From positions 28,464 through 92,463 of the IMG/VR virus record IMGVR_UViG_3300047160_019164: DNA of 64,000 nt; one strand, given 5' to 3'. Position 1 is the first letter of the stretch, and each line of letters opens with the position of its first letter. The notes under the pieces are model-generated. The model searched no databases, was not told the origin of the DNA, and worked only from the letters and a program-made list of their open reading frames with translations. The DNA comes from a virus. The position numbers were made by a program, and so were the translations under genes. This document shows positions 9,740 through 19,053 of the stretch, piece after piece.

Positions 9740-10438
9740 ATGGCCGATAAGATCGTTGTCCGCAACATGCTCACGGCCGTCGCGGCGGTACGCCACGCGG
9801 TGTCGTCCGACGAGACGCGCCCGCACCTTTGCTGCGTCTCGCTCGACCTCTCCGACCGAAGGGAGCCGTGCGTCGTCGCGACCGACGGGCACAGGCTCGC
9901 GATCTACAGGCTCCGCGACGAGGACGTCGAGACGGCGACGCCCGCACCGAGCGCCATCAACCTCGCGCCGAAGCTCGTCAAGGAGATGACGGCGAAGTTT
10001 GTCATCGCAGCGCTCAAGCGATATGGCTCGATGCTCGACGAGGTCACGATCTCGGCGGACCGCGTCGCTGTCTCGCCGCACCCGGTATGGGGCGTCGTCG
10101 GGGGAGAGCCGTCGTGGCGGCTCCGGACGGTGGACGCAAAGTTCTCGTCGTGGCGGCATTTCGTGCCGACGCGCGCCCTCGAACCGGAGGACCGCGGCCC
10201 GCACACCATCAGCGTGAACCCGCGCTACCTACTGGATGCCGAGGAGGCGCACAAGCTCGTCGCCCGCGTGCAGTGGGCCTCGCGATCGAAGCCGAGCAAG
10301 AAGGACAAGGAGCCGAGCAAGAACAAGCTCTCGGCCTTCGTCACGCGCGTCGAACTCGGACCGGACGAGTTCGCCGCGATGCTCGTCCGGTCCGACGTCG
10401 CGGCCCTCACGTGCGTGGTCATGCCGAGGAAGTTCTGA
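9740..10438 (+). CDS. DNA polymerase III beta-clamp-like protein (truncated)
   Basis: 'VSSDETRPHL', 'VATDGHRLA', 'FSSWRHFVP', 'VNPRYLLDA' and 'VVMPR' match DnaN central and C-terminal motifs. Confidence 0.75.
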   Translation: MADKIVVRNMLTAVAAVRHAVSSDETRPHLCCVSLDLSDRREPCVVATDGHRLAIYRLRDEDVETATPAPSAINLAPKLVKEMTAKFVIAALKRYGSMLDEVTISADRVAVSPHPVWGVVGGEPSWRLRTVDAKFSSWRHFVPTRALEPEDRGPHTISVNPRYLLDAEEAHKLVARVQWASRSKPSKKDKEPSKNKLSAFVTRVELGPDEFAAMLVRSDVAALTCVVMPRKF

Positions 10439-10592
10439 TGGCCGCGTGCGCGATGGTTGATGCTTGTTCGTGCGGTCATCGCGTGGGCGGAGAGCAAACT
10501 CCCGCCGAAGGGAGAATCATGGTCAGCTGGCGCAAGATGATCGTCGGGAAGGCGATTGACGCAGCGAGCAGCGGGAAGGAAGGCAAGCTCCG

Positions 10593-11174
10593 ATGATTCC
10601 TCACCACTACACCAAAGAAGGTCTTCGCGAAGAATTGCTCATCTTCATGCACCGTTGCGAGAAGGCGGCAGCAAGTGTCGCAACGGCATTAGCCGGTCAA
10701 GAATTCGACGGCATCGCGCTGAGCACTGTTCGCTCGTATCGGCGCGTGTCGTTGAAGTTCCTTTGGATGAAGGACGAAGCACAGAAGCTCTATCGCTCGC
10801 TTTTCGACAAGCCATACGACGACTCCGAAGTAGAGGGGCGAGCGTACGAAGCCATTGCCATCGGTTCGGGATTCAACGAATGGTACGAGCAACATGAGTG
10901 TGAACGTGTTGCTCAAGAGGTCCGTGAACTGCGCGGTGTGTGGACTTTGAGCGATTCGGGAGGTTCACTCGCCGGCGCATTCATCGCGTTCCGCTCGTTG
11001 CCGCCCGAGGAGCGCGAGAAGCGAATGCGGTTTGGCGAACTGATGAAAGACGGATTGATCGGCTTCCAGGTCGATGCTTGTTCGTGTGGTCATGTGGGGC
11101 GTATCTACAATTTCGAGCAGTGGAGCGAATTCGAGAAGCACAAGAGCGATTGCACGAAGAGGGGTGAAGGATGA
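10593..11174 (+). CDS. Hypothetical protein
   Basis: ORF with a 4-bp overlap to the downstream sbcD-like gene. Confidence 0.6.
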   Translation: MIPHHYTKEGLREELLIFMHRCEKAAASVATALAGQEFDGIALSTVRSYRRVSLKFLWMKDEAQKLYRSLFDKPYDDSEVEGRAYEAIAIGSGFNEWYEQHECERVAQEVRELRGVWTLSDSGGSLAGAFIAFRSLPPEEREKRMRFGELMKDGLIGFQVDACSCGHVGRIYNFEQWSEFEKHKSDCTKRGEG

Positions 11175-12412
11175 AATTCATCGTCGCTTCCGACTTCCAC
11201 TTCGACGCAGTGACGGCGGGCGTTCGACGCTTCGAAGAACTGGAACGCGCCGCCGTCGCGGTGGTCAAGCACGCCATCGAAGCGAAGGTCGATGCGTTTC
11301 TCTTTCTCGGTGACCTGTGCGACCCGGACACCGGGAGCGCGGTGTTCCGATGCGTGGAGCTGGCGCAACGGATGGCAGTCAAGCTGGCGCAGGAACGCAT
11401 CACGTCGTTCTGGATGGCAGGGAACCACGACGTGATCGAGGACGGCACAGGGCACACCACACTCACGCCGATGCGCAGCATCGAGAAGTGGGGCGCGAAA
11501 CGGCTCTTCCCTGAACCCGGCTCCATCCTAGTCGTCGAGCGGTGGGAGCACTTCATCATCGACACCGGGCGCGACAAGAAGGACCACACTCCACCCATCA
11601 CGTTCGCGTTCTTGCCGTACACGGCGACGTCACACCACTACAGCCCGAAGGACGTGATGCCGACGCAGGCATTCCACAACGCGTGGAGAGCGCAAGCCCC
11701 GGTCGTCTTTGCCGGTCACCTATCCATCCCCGGCATCGTGCCTGGTGAAGAGACGCACGAGATGGGTCGTGGACGCGACATGACGTTCCCCTACGACGAG
11801 ATCATCGAACGGCGTCGCGAGTACCCGACGCTGATGCTGAACGGGCACTACCATCGTCAGCAGCACTTCCGAAAGCTCAAGGATAGTCGCGGCATCCACA
11901 TCCCCGGTTCGATGGCGCGACTCACCTTTGGCGAGGAGTACCACGCACCCGGCTACTTGTTCGTCGAGACGCGTGGTCACAAGTTCGATGTCTACAACAA
12001 CTCTTTCGGCAACAAGCATACGCCCGACACGAAGCCGGCGACGTTGCTCACCATCGGTGAGAGTGACCCGATCTGGAAGCAAGTGGCAGAAGGTGAAGCT
12101 ATCTACTTCGGCGACGACTTGCGCGCGACCATCGTGCGGCTCCGCCCCCCGCTCGAGGCCGAAGAGATTCATGTGGAGTTAGTCGTACACGCACTTCGTA
12201 CGCTCGGTGTCGCTGCCGTGAAGGTGCTTCCACGGCCTTCCAAGGCTGTGTTGCCGGCGTTCCGAACCGAGTTGGACGAAGAAGGCGAGCCCCTCCAAGT
12301 CGCGAAGCGTCCATACGAAGTCGTGAGCGAACTGGTCGAGAGCGCGAACACACGCGACCGTGATGCTCTCAAGCAACTGACCAGCGAAGTGATGGCGAAA
12401 GCGGGTCTCTGA
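11171..12412 (+). CDS. sbcD: SbcD/Mre11-like metallophosphoesterase nuclease subunit
   Basis: SDFH, GDLCD, GNHD, GHL, GHYH, PGS motifs; adjacent to an SbcC-like gene. Confidence 0.88.
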   Translation: MKFIVASDFHFDAVTAGVRRFEELERAAVAVVKHAIEAKVDAFLFLGDLCDPDTGSAVFRCVELAQRMAVKLAQERITSFWMAGNHDVIEDGTGHTTLTPMRSIEKWGAKRLFPEPGSILVVERWEHFIIDTGRDKKDHTPPITFAFLPYTATSHHYSPKDVMPTQAFHNAWRAQAPVVFAGHLSIPGIVPGEETHEMGRGRDMTFPYDEIIERRREYPTLMLNGHYHRQQHFRKLKDSRGIHIPGSMARLTFGEEYHAPGYLFVETRGHKFDVYNNSFGNKHTPDTKPATLLTIGESDPIWKQVAEGEAIYFGDDLRATIVRLRPPLEAEEIHVELVVHALRTLGVAAVKVLPRPSKAVLPAFRTELDEEGEPLQVAKRPYEVVSELVESANTRDRDALKQLTSEVMAKAGL

Positions 12413-14361
12413 TGCGCTACTTGGCAGAGCTGCACCTCAAGAACTGGAAGTGCTTTCGTGGCGAGCACGTGCTCAAGTTCGAGCCGAAGGCGTACGCAGT
12501 ACTTGCCACGATGGACCGCGACGTCGAGCGTTCCAATTGGCTCGGGAAGTCGTCGCTCCTCGAGGCCATTGCCTTCGCGATGTACGGATGGCACACCGAG
12601 GAAGGTGGCGACAACGCGCTCATCACACGCGGCGAGAAGGTGGCTGAAGCGAAGCTCGTCTTCGATGATGGAAGCCAGGTCATGCGCACCAAGCACGCCG
12701 GCAAACCGAAGCGGCTTTTCTACCACCACGGTGGGAAGGACTTGATGGGTGACGAAGCACAGTCGCTCATTCTCGATAACGTTGGGTTGAGTGAGCAGGA
12801 CTTCTTCGCTACGTGCTTTTTCGAACAGAAGAAGATGTCGCGCCTGGTGACGATGGAAGCCAGCGAACGGATGGCTGTGGTGGTGGAGTGGCTACGGCTC
12901 GGAGTACTGGAGCAGTGCGAAGCGCTCACGCTGCATCACGTGCGTATGTTGCTCGAGAAGGAGCACAAGATGCGCGCACAATTGGAATCGCAGCTTGCGG
13001 TTCAGAAGCACGCGCTTGGGACGTTCCCCAACATCGAAGTCCTCGTCAACGAGTTGGAGTCGGTGCGCAAGGAAGTGGCGGAGCACGCCGACAAGGTCGC
13101 GGAGCTGGAAGACCAGGAGAAGCGCTCGAACCGCGCCGTGTCGCTTCGTAAGGAGTGCGAGCGGTGGGGTAGCCTCAAGGCCGACGGGTTGGCGCTCAGC
13201 GAGGAGATCAAGTCGACGGATGAGTTGGCGCTACGGCGCGCCCTGGAAGAAGCGCGCGATGCGTTGCGCGAGGCTGACAGCAAGCAAGGGCTTCTCGAAC
13301 GAGAGGTGTCGCTGAAGCGCACCGTCGCTGTCGGGAAGTTTGATGGCGCCTGTCCTGTCGTGAAGTTCGCTTGCCCCGCACGCGACGATATCAACGACAT
13401 GACGGAGCAGAGCCGCAAAGAGCTGAAGAAGAGCGACGAGCGTCTGCGCGAGTTGCTCGTCGCGCGCGATGCCGTGCGCAAGGGTGTGAACCGCGCCGAA
13501 GCCGACTACCAAGAGCTGGCGCGCAAGCGCGATCGACTTGATTACATCCGCAAGGAGATGGAGCGCATCTTGCCGATGCGCGCCGAGTGGAAGAAGTGCA
13601 AGGACGACGAGCAGGACGGGGAGAAGCTGTCCACCGCACGGCGCCGTGCGGTGGAGAAGTCGATCGAGTTGGCGTCGGCCAAGAAGGTGCTCGCTAGTTC
13701 GGTGGACAGCTACAAGGCCACGCTTCAACCCATCGAGGAGTTGACCGCGGAGCTGAAGGACATCACCAACAAGCTCGCCACCGCGCGCGAAGCGATGATC
13801 ATCTTCGGCAAGAACGGAGCGCAACGTCGCATCGCGGAGACGGCGCTCGAGGACATTCAACAGAGCGCCAACACCATCCTCGCCGACTGCGGTATCCCGC
13901 TCAGCATCGTCATCCGTTGGGCGCGTGAAGGGTCGGGCCTTGCCAACACGTGCAGCGATTGCGGGTACCCGTTTCCCAAGTCGGCCAAGGACCGCAAGTG
14001 CACGCATTGCGGCGCCGACCGTGGTCCCAACATCATCAACAAGCTGGACATCGTGATGACGGACCGAAGTGGTGCTGCGGAAGACCTCGTGGGCGGTGCG
14101 TTGCAGCTCGCGGCGTCGACATGGCTGCGCACCGACCGAAACAGTGGATGGAGTGCAGCTTTCATCGATGAGCCGTTCGGTGCGCTTGATCGCGCCAACT
14201 TGCGCGCGTTCAGCTCGCACCTCCACGGCATGCTCAACTCGCGCTACGGGTTCGCGCAGTCGTTCGTCATCGCGCATCATGCGTCTGTCCTCGACGCACT
14301 CCCCGGACGCATCCTCATCACGTCGGACGGTAAGTACTCGAGCGTGAAGGTGGTGTCGTGA
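12412..14361 (+). CDS. sbcC: SbcC/Rad50-like ABC ATPase
   Basis: LKNWKCF; Walker A NWLGKSS; Q-loop; coiled coil; Walker B FIDEPFGALD; H-loop. Confidence 0.88.
   Translation: MRYLAELHLKNWKCFRGEHVLKFEPKAYAVLATMDRDVERSNWLGKSSLLEAIAFAMYGWHTEEGGDNALITRGEKVAEAKLVFDDGSQVMRTKHAGKPKRLFYHHGGKDLMGDEAQSLILDNVGLSEQDFFATCFFEQKKMSRLVTMEASERMAVVVEWLRLGVLEQCEALTLHHVRMLLEKEHKMRAQLESQLAVQKHALGTFPNIEVLVNELESVRKEVAEHADKVAELEDQEKRSNRAVSLRKECERWGSLKADGLALSEEIKSTDELALRRALEEARDALREADSKQGLLEREVSLKRTVAVGKFDGACPVVKFACPARDDINDMTEQSRKELKKSDERLRELLVARDAVRKGVNRAEADYQELARKRDRLDYIRKEMERILPMRAEWKKCKDDEQDGEKLSTARRRAVEKSIELASAKKVLASSVDSYKATLQPIEELTAELKDITNKLATAREAMIIFGKNGAQRRIAETALEDIQQSANTILADCGIPLSIVIRWAREGSGLANTCSDCGYPFPKSAKDRKCTHCGADRGPNIINKLDIVMTDRSGAAEDLVGGALQLAASTWLRTDRNSGWSAAFIDEPFGALDRANLRAFSSHLHGMLNSRYGFAQSFVIAHHASVLDALPGRILITSDGKYSSVKVVS
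13630..13655. repeat. Palindrome copy 4 (in the sbcC coiled coil)
   Basis: Encodes STARRRAVE. Confidence 0.95.
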
Positions 14362-14540
14362 GCGAGCACCGCTTCCTCGACGGCGAAGAGACGCTCGACG
14401 AGGCGGAGCTGATGCGTGTGTTCCTGAACAAGCAACGCACCCGCGAAGGCGTGTGCGACGGCTGCAACAAGCAAACGAAGGTCTACGTCGAAACCAACCT
14501 CTGCATCACGTGCCTTGCCGGCTACTCGGAGATCCCATGA
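14358..14540 (+). CDS. Small Zn-finger protein
   Basis: CDGC..CITC; translationally coupled on both sides. Confidence 0.55.
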   Translation: MSEHRFLDGEETLDEAELMRVFLNKQRTREGVCDGCNKQTKVYVETNLCITCLAGYSEIP

Positions 14541-15121
14541 GCGACGACACCAAGGACCGCGGCGACTGGAGCCAGACCTATACCGACCTGATGTTCTACC
14601 CGAAGGACCCGCGCCCGGAGGACATCGACATTCGCGACATCGCTCATGGGCTTGCGTACTCGTCGCGGTTCAACGGGCAGACCAATCGCTACTACTCCAT
14701 CGCGGAGCACTGCGTCCACGTCAGTTACGAGTGCGACGAAGCTGATGCGCTCGAAGGGCTGATGCACGATGCCGCAGAAGCCTACGTCGGCGACGTGGTC
14801 ACCTCGGTGAAGCGCCACCTTCCAGGCTTCTACGAGATCGAGGATGCCATCGAGCAGGTCATTGCGGCGAAGTACAAGTTGCGTCGTCCGTGGCCGGAGA
14901 GTGTGAAGCGTGCGGACATCGCGGTGCTCATCGCCGAGAAGCGCGATCTTTTCGCCAAGAATCTCGTGTGGAAGAAGCACGCGAACACCAAGCCGATGTC
15001 GCGCACGGTGAATTGCTGGAACGATTCGACCGCCTACGACCACTTCTTGAAGCGCTACGCCCAACTCAAAGGGCTCGATCTCGTCGGCGTGATGGTGCAC
15101 GGGGACGCGGTGCTCCTGTGA
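14537..15121 (+). CDS. HD-domain 5'-deoxynucleotidase (YfbR/YfdR-like)
   Basis: 'DIAHGLA..RFNGQ..YSIAEH..LMHDAAEAYVGDV..K', 'VKRAD'. Confidence 0.88.
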   Translation: MSDDTKDRGDWSQTYTDLMFYPKDPRPEDIDIRDIAHGLAYSSRFNGQTNRYYSIAEHCVHVSYECDEADALEGLMHDAAEAYVGDVVTSVKRHLPGFYEIEDAIEQVIAAKYKLRRPWPESVKRADIAVLIAEKRDLFAKNLVWKKHANTKPMSRTVNCWNDSTAYDHFLKRYAQLKGLDLVGVMVHGDAVLL

Positions 15122-15651
15122 GCAAAGTGAAGGGGAACGGCGGCGAGCGCGAGGTGGCAGCGCTCATCCAACCATGGTGGTCGAAGGTCGAACCGGGTGC
15201 CACCTTCGTTCGTACGCCGCTCTCTGGTGGATGGGGCAAGACGCGCGAAGTGCGCGCCGGCTTCAAAGCAAGCGGCGACCTGATGACCACCGCGACGCAG
15301 TTTCCCTTCACCATCGAAGTGAAGCGTCGCGAAAAGTGGACGTTGGAGCGTCTTCTCGCTGGCAAGGCGAGCCCCGTGTGGCCGTGGTGGAAGCAAGCGC
15401 AGACGCAAGCCGACGAGATGGGGCTTACTCCACTGCTCTGGATTCGAAAGAATCGGCAGCCGTGGCGCATCATCATGCCGCACTCGTTCGCCTTGCTGAA
15501 GGGGCTCATCACAGCGCGCTCGCGAGTGCATGTGTGGACCTGCTCACCGCATCTCGTCGCGGATCTGTTCGGTGAGCAGGTGCCCGCGATGATCGCGGCG
15601 GAGGACTTCCTCAAGTGCGACCCGAAGCGCTTCCTACTGACCAAGTGGTGA
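15118..15651 (+). CDS. Holliday junction resolvase (Hjc-like PD-(D/E)XK)
   Basis: 'SKVKGNGGEREVA', 'GDL', 'IEVKRRE'. Confidence 0.8.
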   Translation: MSKVKGNGGEREVAALIQPWWSKVEPGATFVRTPLSGGWGKTREVRAGFKASGDLMTTATQFPFTIEVKRREKWTLERLLAGKASPVWPWWKQAQTQADEMGLTPLLWIRKNRQPWRIIMPHSFALLKGLITARSRVHVWTCSPHLVADLFGEQVPAMIAAEDFLKCDPKRFLLTKW

Positions 15652-15677
15652 GTTACAACAAGGTTGGAGGCGCGACT

Positions 15678-16397
15678 GTGAAGAAGAAACTCGAGACTAC
15701 GAAGACCCCCGAGGCGGCAGCCGTCTATCTCGACCCCAAGAAGCTCGTCCCCAATCCCAAGAACCCACGTGTCAACGACGCGGTGGTTGACGACATCGTC
15801 AAGTCAATCGACAAGTTCGGGTTCACAGTGCCCATCGTCGTGCGCAAAGCGAACATGATGGTGGCGGCAGGGCATACGCGGTTGAAGGCGGCACTCAAGA
15901 TGGGGCTCAAGGAAGTCCCGGTTCGCATCCTCGACATCACGCAACGTCAGCTCGAAGCACTCACCATCGCCGACAACAAGCTCGGCGAGAAGGCCACGTG
16001 GGACGAGACGCTCTTGAAGGAGCAGCTCCAAGGGCTTCTCAAGGACGATTTCGACTTGAACATGCTCGGATTCGACGGGACCGAGTTGGCAAGCCTTCTC
16101 GCCGAGTCGCCTTCGGTGCTTGGTGGCGACTCCATTCCCGCCGAGGCAGCCAACGGCAAAGGCATGACGGACCCCGGCGCGCCGCAGGGCGATCCGTCGC
16201 ACGTGCGCATGGTGCAACTCTTCCTCGACGAGACGACGCACCCGGTGTTCCTCGAGCGCTGCAAGGTGCTCGGAAAGAAGTGGGGTCTCGACAACGTCAC
16301 GAAGGTCGTGATGAAGGCGCTCGAGGAGATCGCCAAGGAACCGAACAAGAAGGGCGAGAAGACCGATGTTCACGGTGCAGCTTCGAACGCAGGTTGA
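15678..16397 (+). CDS. ParB/Srx N-terminal domain protein with a putative C-terminal ribbon-helix-helix
   Basis: 'NPKNPR', 'SIDKFGFTVPIVV', 'AGHTRLKAA', 'IADNKL'. Confidence 0.85.
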   Translation: MKKKLETTKTPEAAAVYLDPKKLVPNPKNPRVNDAVVDDIVKSIDKFGFTVPIVVRKANMMVAAGHTRLKAALKMGLKEVPVRILDITQRQLEALTIADNKLGEKATWDETLLKEQLQGLLKDDFDLNMLGFDGTELASLLAESPSVLGGDSIPAEAANGKGMTDPGAPQGDPSHVRMVQLFLDETTHPVFLERCKVLGKKWGLDNVTKVVMKALEEIAKEPNKKGEKTDVHGAASNAG

Positions 16398-17265
16398 CGA
16401 GAAGCTCATCGCGTCACGCCATGGTGGCGATGTCACCGAAGAGGACATCGCGTTCAAGCCCACGAGCGACATCGCCGTCTACAAGTCCAACGGCCAGCCG
16501 CTCCTCTTCGTCTTCAAGCGCGCGGTGTCGCAGAAGGAGATCGAGCTGGCGCTCCCTGGCTTGAACGCCATGCGGATCACGAGCCCGAGCTTCAAGAGCA
16601 ATCGCAAGACGTATGGTGGTGGGCCGGCATACCGCAAGAAGGAAGACGGCACCGTCTCCAACACGACGTACGGCAAGAGCATCAGCAGTGCCATTGCTGG
16701 CTACTTCGATCGGTACCCACGTTTCCCGTTCTGTCGGCAGACGGCGTTCACCGCGAAGGAGGTCGAGAAGTGGCGCGACCTCCAACCGATGATCCACACG
16801 TGCGCGAAGCTGTTCAAGGAGCACCTCCCCGAGCGCTACGAGAACCAGGACAAGGTCGCGCGCAAGGTGCATCCCGACTTCCAGATCGCAGGGACGCCGT
16901 TCAGCACGCTCACGGTCAATCACAACGCGGTGGCCAAGCTTCACCAGGACAAGGGTGACCTTCCTGACGGTTTCGGTGTGATGACGGTCATCAAAGAGGG
17001 CTCGTACGACGGCTTCTCGTTGGTGTTCCCGCGCTTCCGTGTAGGAGCTGAGCTGGAAACTGGCGACGTGATCCTGTTCGACCCGCACGAGTTTCACGCC
17101 AACGTGCCGCCGCGCAATTGCTCGGACGATTACCACCGCATCAGCGTGGTGATGTACTTCAGGAAGAAGATGATCGAATGCGGCAGTGCTGCGGACGAGA
17201 TGAGGCGCGCACAGAAGGCGCGCGGCTCGCTCGACATCGTTGCGAACGAAGGAGCGACCGAATGA
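16366..17265 (+). CDS. TET/JBP-family 2OG-Fe(II) dioxygenase (5-methylpyrimidine oxidase)
   Basis: 'SAIAGYFDR..FCRQT', 'TPFSTLTVN', HxD 'HQDKGD', distal H 'HEFHAN', 'RISVVMYFR'. Confidence 0.85.
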   Translation: MFTVQLRTQVDEKLIASRHGGDVTEEDIAFKPTSDIAVYKSNGQPLLFVFKRAVSQKEIELALPGLNAMRITSPSFKSNRKTYGGGPAYRKKEDGTVSNTTYGKSISSAIAGYFDRYPRFPFCRQTAFTAKEVEKWRDLQPMIHTCAKLFKEHLPERYENQDKVARKVHPDFQIAGTPFSTLTVNHNAVAKLHQDKGDLPDGFGVMTVIKEGSYDGFSLVFPRFRVGAELETGDVILFDPHEFHANVPPRNCSDDYHRISVVMYFRKKMIECGSAADEMRRAQKARGSLDIVANEGATE

Positions 17266-18356
17266 ACGTCGCGGTATGGCGCTACGGGTTGCCGTTGCAG
17301 GTGGAGGCACAGAGCACGGTCGGCGGTGGCAAGATTGCTGGCGAGCTACTCAAGACGCTCAAGAAGCAAGGTCACAACGTCACGGTCGTGGGTCCGGTGT
17401 CGAAGGGTGTCGAGCAGTGGCTCGCGGACGCTGGCATCGCTCACAAGCGCACCAACGACTTGAGCACGATGGATGCTGCGGTGGTGCTCACGGGTCCGTT
17501 CAATGTGATGTACGGAGACGGTGTCTTCGACACCTATCGCCGACTCGCGACATTGAACGGCAAGGCCATCTATGCGCAGTGGGACGTCGCGTTGCCGTTC
17601 CACTTCGCCGCGGACCGAAGCACCAAGTTCGCAGCTGACTGTCACGTGCGCACTCCACACCTCTTGAAGAACAAGGAGTGGTTCCTCTTCACGCAACTCG
17701 AAGAGGAACACGTGCGTGCTAGCAAGGCCGCGAGCACGATGTATGCGACGGCACCTTTCAAGCACGTGCGCTGCCTTTTCGAACTGGTCGAGTTGGAGAA
17801 GGAGTTGCTCAAACCGGTGAAGAACCCGGTGCCGGCGATCGCTTACTTTGGTAGCGACCGCCCCGGTCGCATGCGTGAGCTACTTCGTTGGTTCGGAGCA
17901 CCCGGTTCGCCGCCCGTGCACCTCTATGGGCAGTGGAGCGAGAAGTCGCTCGCCGAGTTGATGAAGAACCAAGGCTTCGAACCCAACATCGAGTACCGCG
18001 GCAAGATCCCCGAGGGCCGGGTGACCGAAGTGTTGAATCAGTACGTGATGACCTTCTACATGGCGGACCCTGCGTACGTGAAGACCGACTTCATCGCGCA
18101 GCGGTTCTTCGAGAACGCCATCGCCGGCGTCGCGACCTACTACAGCGACAAGATTCAGCCGTCGGTGCGGAAGACCGTGCCGAGTGGGTTGGTGCTCGAG
18201 GACCCGAAGCAGCTCAAGGAAGCGTTCCAACACGTGGTGTCGATGCCGTTCAAGAAGCGCCTTGGGCTCGTGCACCAGCACCAGGAAGCGATCCTGAGCT
18301 TCGCGAAGAGCCATCCGCACAGCATGCGCAACGCGTTCGAGCAGGTGCTCTCGTGA
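17262..18356 (+). CDS. GT-B glycosyltransferase resembling T4 DNA beta-glucosyltransferase
   Basis: 'YFGSDRPGR..LYG..YRGKIP..V..D..Y..FIAQRFFE' parallels T4 BGT 'YGGSFRSGQR..FTGKIP..GDKNY..FITLRVWE'. Confidence 0.75.
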   Translation: MNVAVWRYGLPLQVEAQSTVGGGKIAGELLKTLKKQGHNVTVVGPVSKGVEQWLADAGIAHKRTNDLSTMDAAVVLTGPFNVMYGDGVFDTYRRLATLNGKAIYAQWDVALPFHFAADRSTKFAADCHVRTPHLLKNKEWFLFTQLEEEHVRASKAASTMYATAPFKHVRCLFELVELEKELLKPVKNPVPAIAYFGSDRPGRMRELLRWFGAPGSPPVHLYGQWSEKSLAELMKNQGFEPNIEYRGKIPEGRVTEVLNQYVMTFYMADPAYVKTDFIAQRFFENAIAGVATYYSDKIQPSVRKTVPSGLVLEDPKQLKEAFQHVVSMPFKKRLGLVHQHQEAILSFAKSHPHSMRNAFEQVLS

Positions 18357-19042
18357 CGATGGCGAGTTGCACGGTCGTCATCCCGGCGCACAACGAAGAG
18401 GACACCATTGGTGGACTCGTGGAGTGCGCGCTCGTGCACGCGGACCGCGTCATCGTGGCGAACGACTCGAGCACCGATCGAACGGAACAAGTGGCGGAGG
18501 AAGCGGGTGCAATCGTCGCTCTGGTTCCGCGTGAGCGTCGTGGCTTGGTGGGCGTCTACTCGTTCGGGCTCCGGGTCGCCGTTGCTCTCCACCGCACGGC
18601 GCCGTGCGGTGGACGTGGGGCGTACGTCTGCGAGATGGACGCGGGCGGCAGCCACGACCCGCACGAGCTACCCAAGTTCTGGAAGGCTCTCGACGAAGGC
18701 GCCGACATCGCCGCGGGCTGTCGCTTTGCGTACGGGGGCGAGTACCTCGGGTCGTGGCAGCGGAAGAGCCTGAGCTACTTCGGCACCAAGCTCACCAACA
18801 TCGTGCACGGCACCAAGTGGTGCGACGCGACGAGTGGCTTCGTGGCGTACAGGTCATCGTCGCTCGATGCGCTCTTGCAGGTCCCCTACAAGTCGACGGG
18901 TCACTACTACCAGACGGAGATGCGTCTGCGCGCGCAGGCCATGGGCATGAAGACGACGGAAGTGCCCATCACGTACAGGAACAGCGGCTCGTCGCTCAAT
19001 TGGCGTAGCATCCGTGAGGCATTGTCCTTGGTGATGCGATAG
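18353..19042 (+). CDS. GT2 (GT-A) glycosyltransferase, DPM-synthase-like
   Basis: 'VVIPAHNEE', 'NDSSTDRT', 'MDAGGSHDP', 'DATSGF', 'EVPITY'. Confidence 0.88.
   Translation: MTMASCTVVIPAHNEEDTIGGLVECALVHADRVIVANDSSTDRTEQVAEEAGAIVALVPRERRGLVGVYSFGLRVAVALHRTAPCGGRGAYVCEMDAGGSHDPHELPKFWKALDEGADIAAGCRFAYGGEYLGSWQRKSLSYFGTKLTNIVHGTKWCDATSGFVAYRSSSLDALLQVPYKSTGHYYQTEMRLRAQAMGMKTTEVPITYRNSGSSLNWRSIREALSLVMR
18588..18613. repeat. Palindrome copy 5 (in GT2)
   Basis: Encodes HRTAPCGG. Confidence 0.95.
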
Positions 19043-19053
19043 GAGAAGTCACA

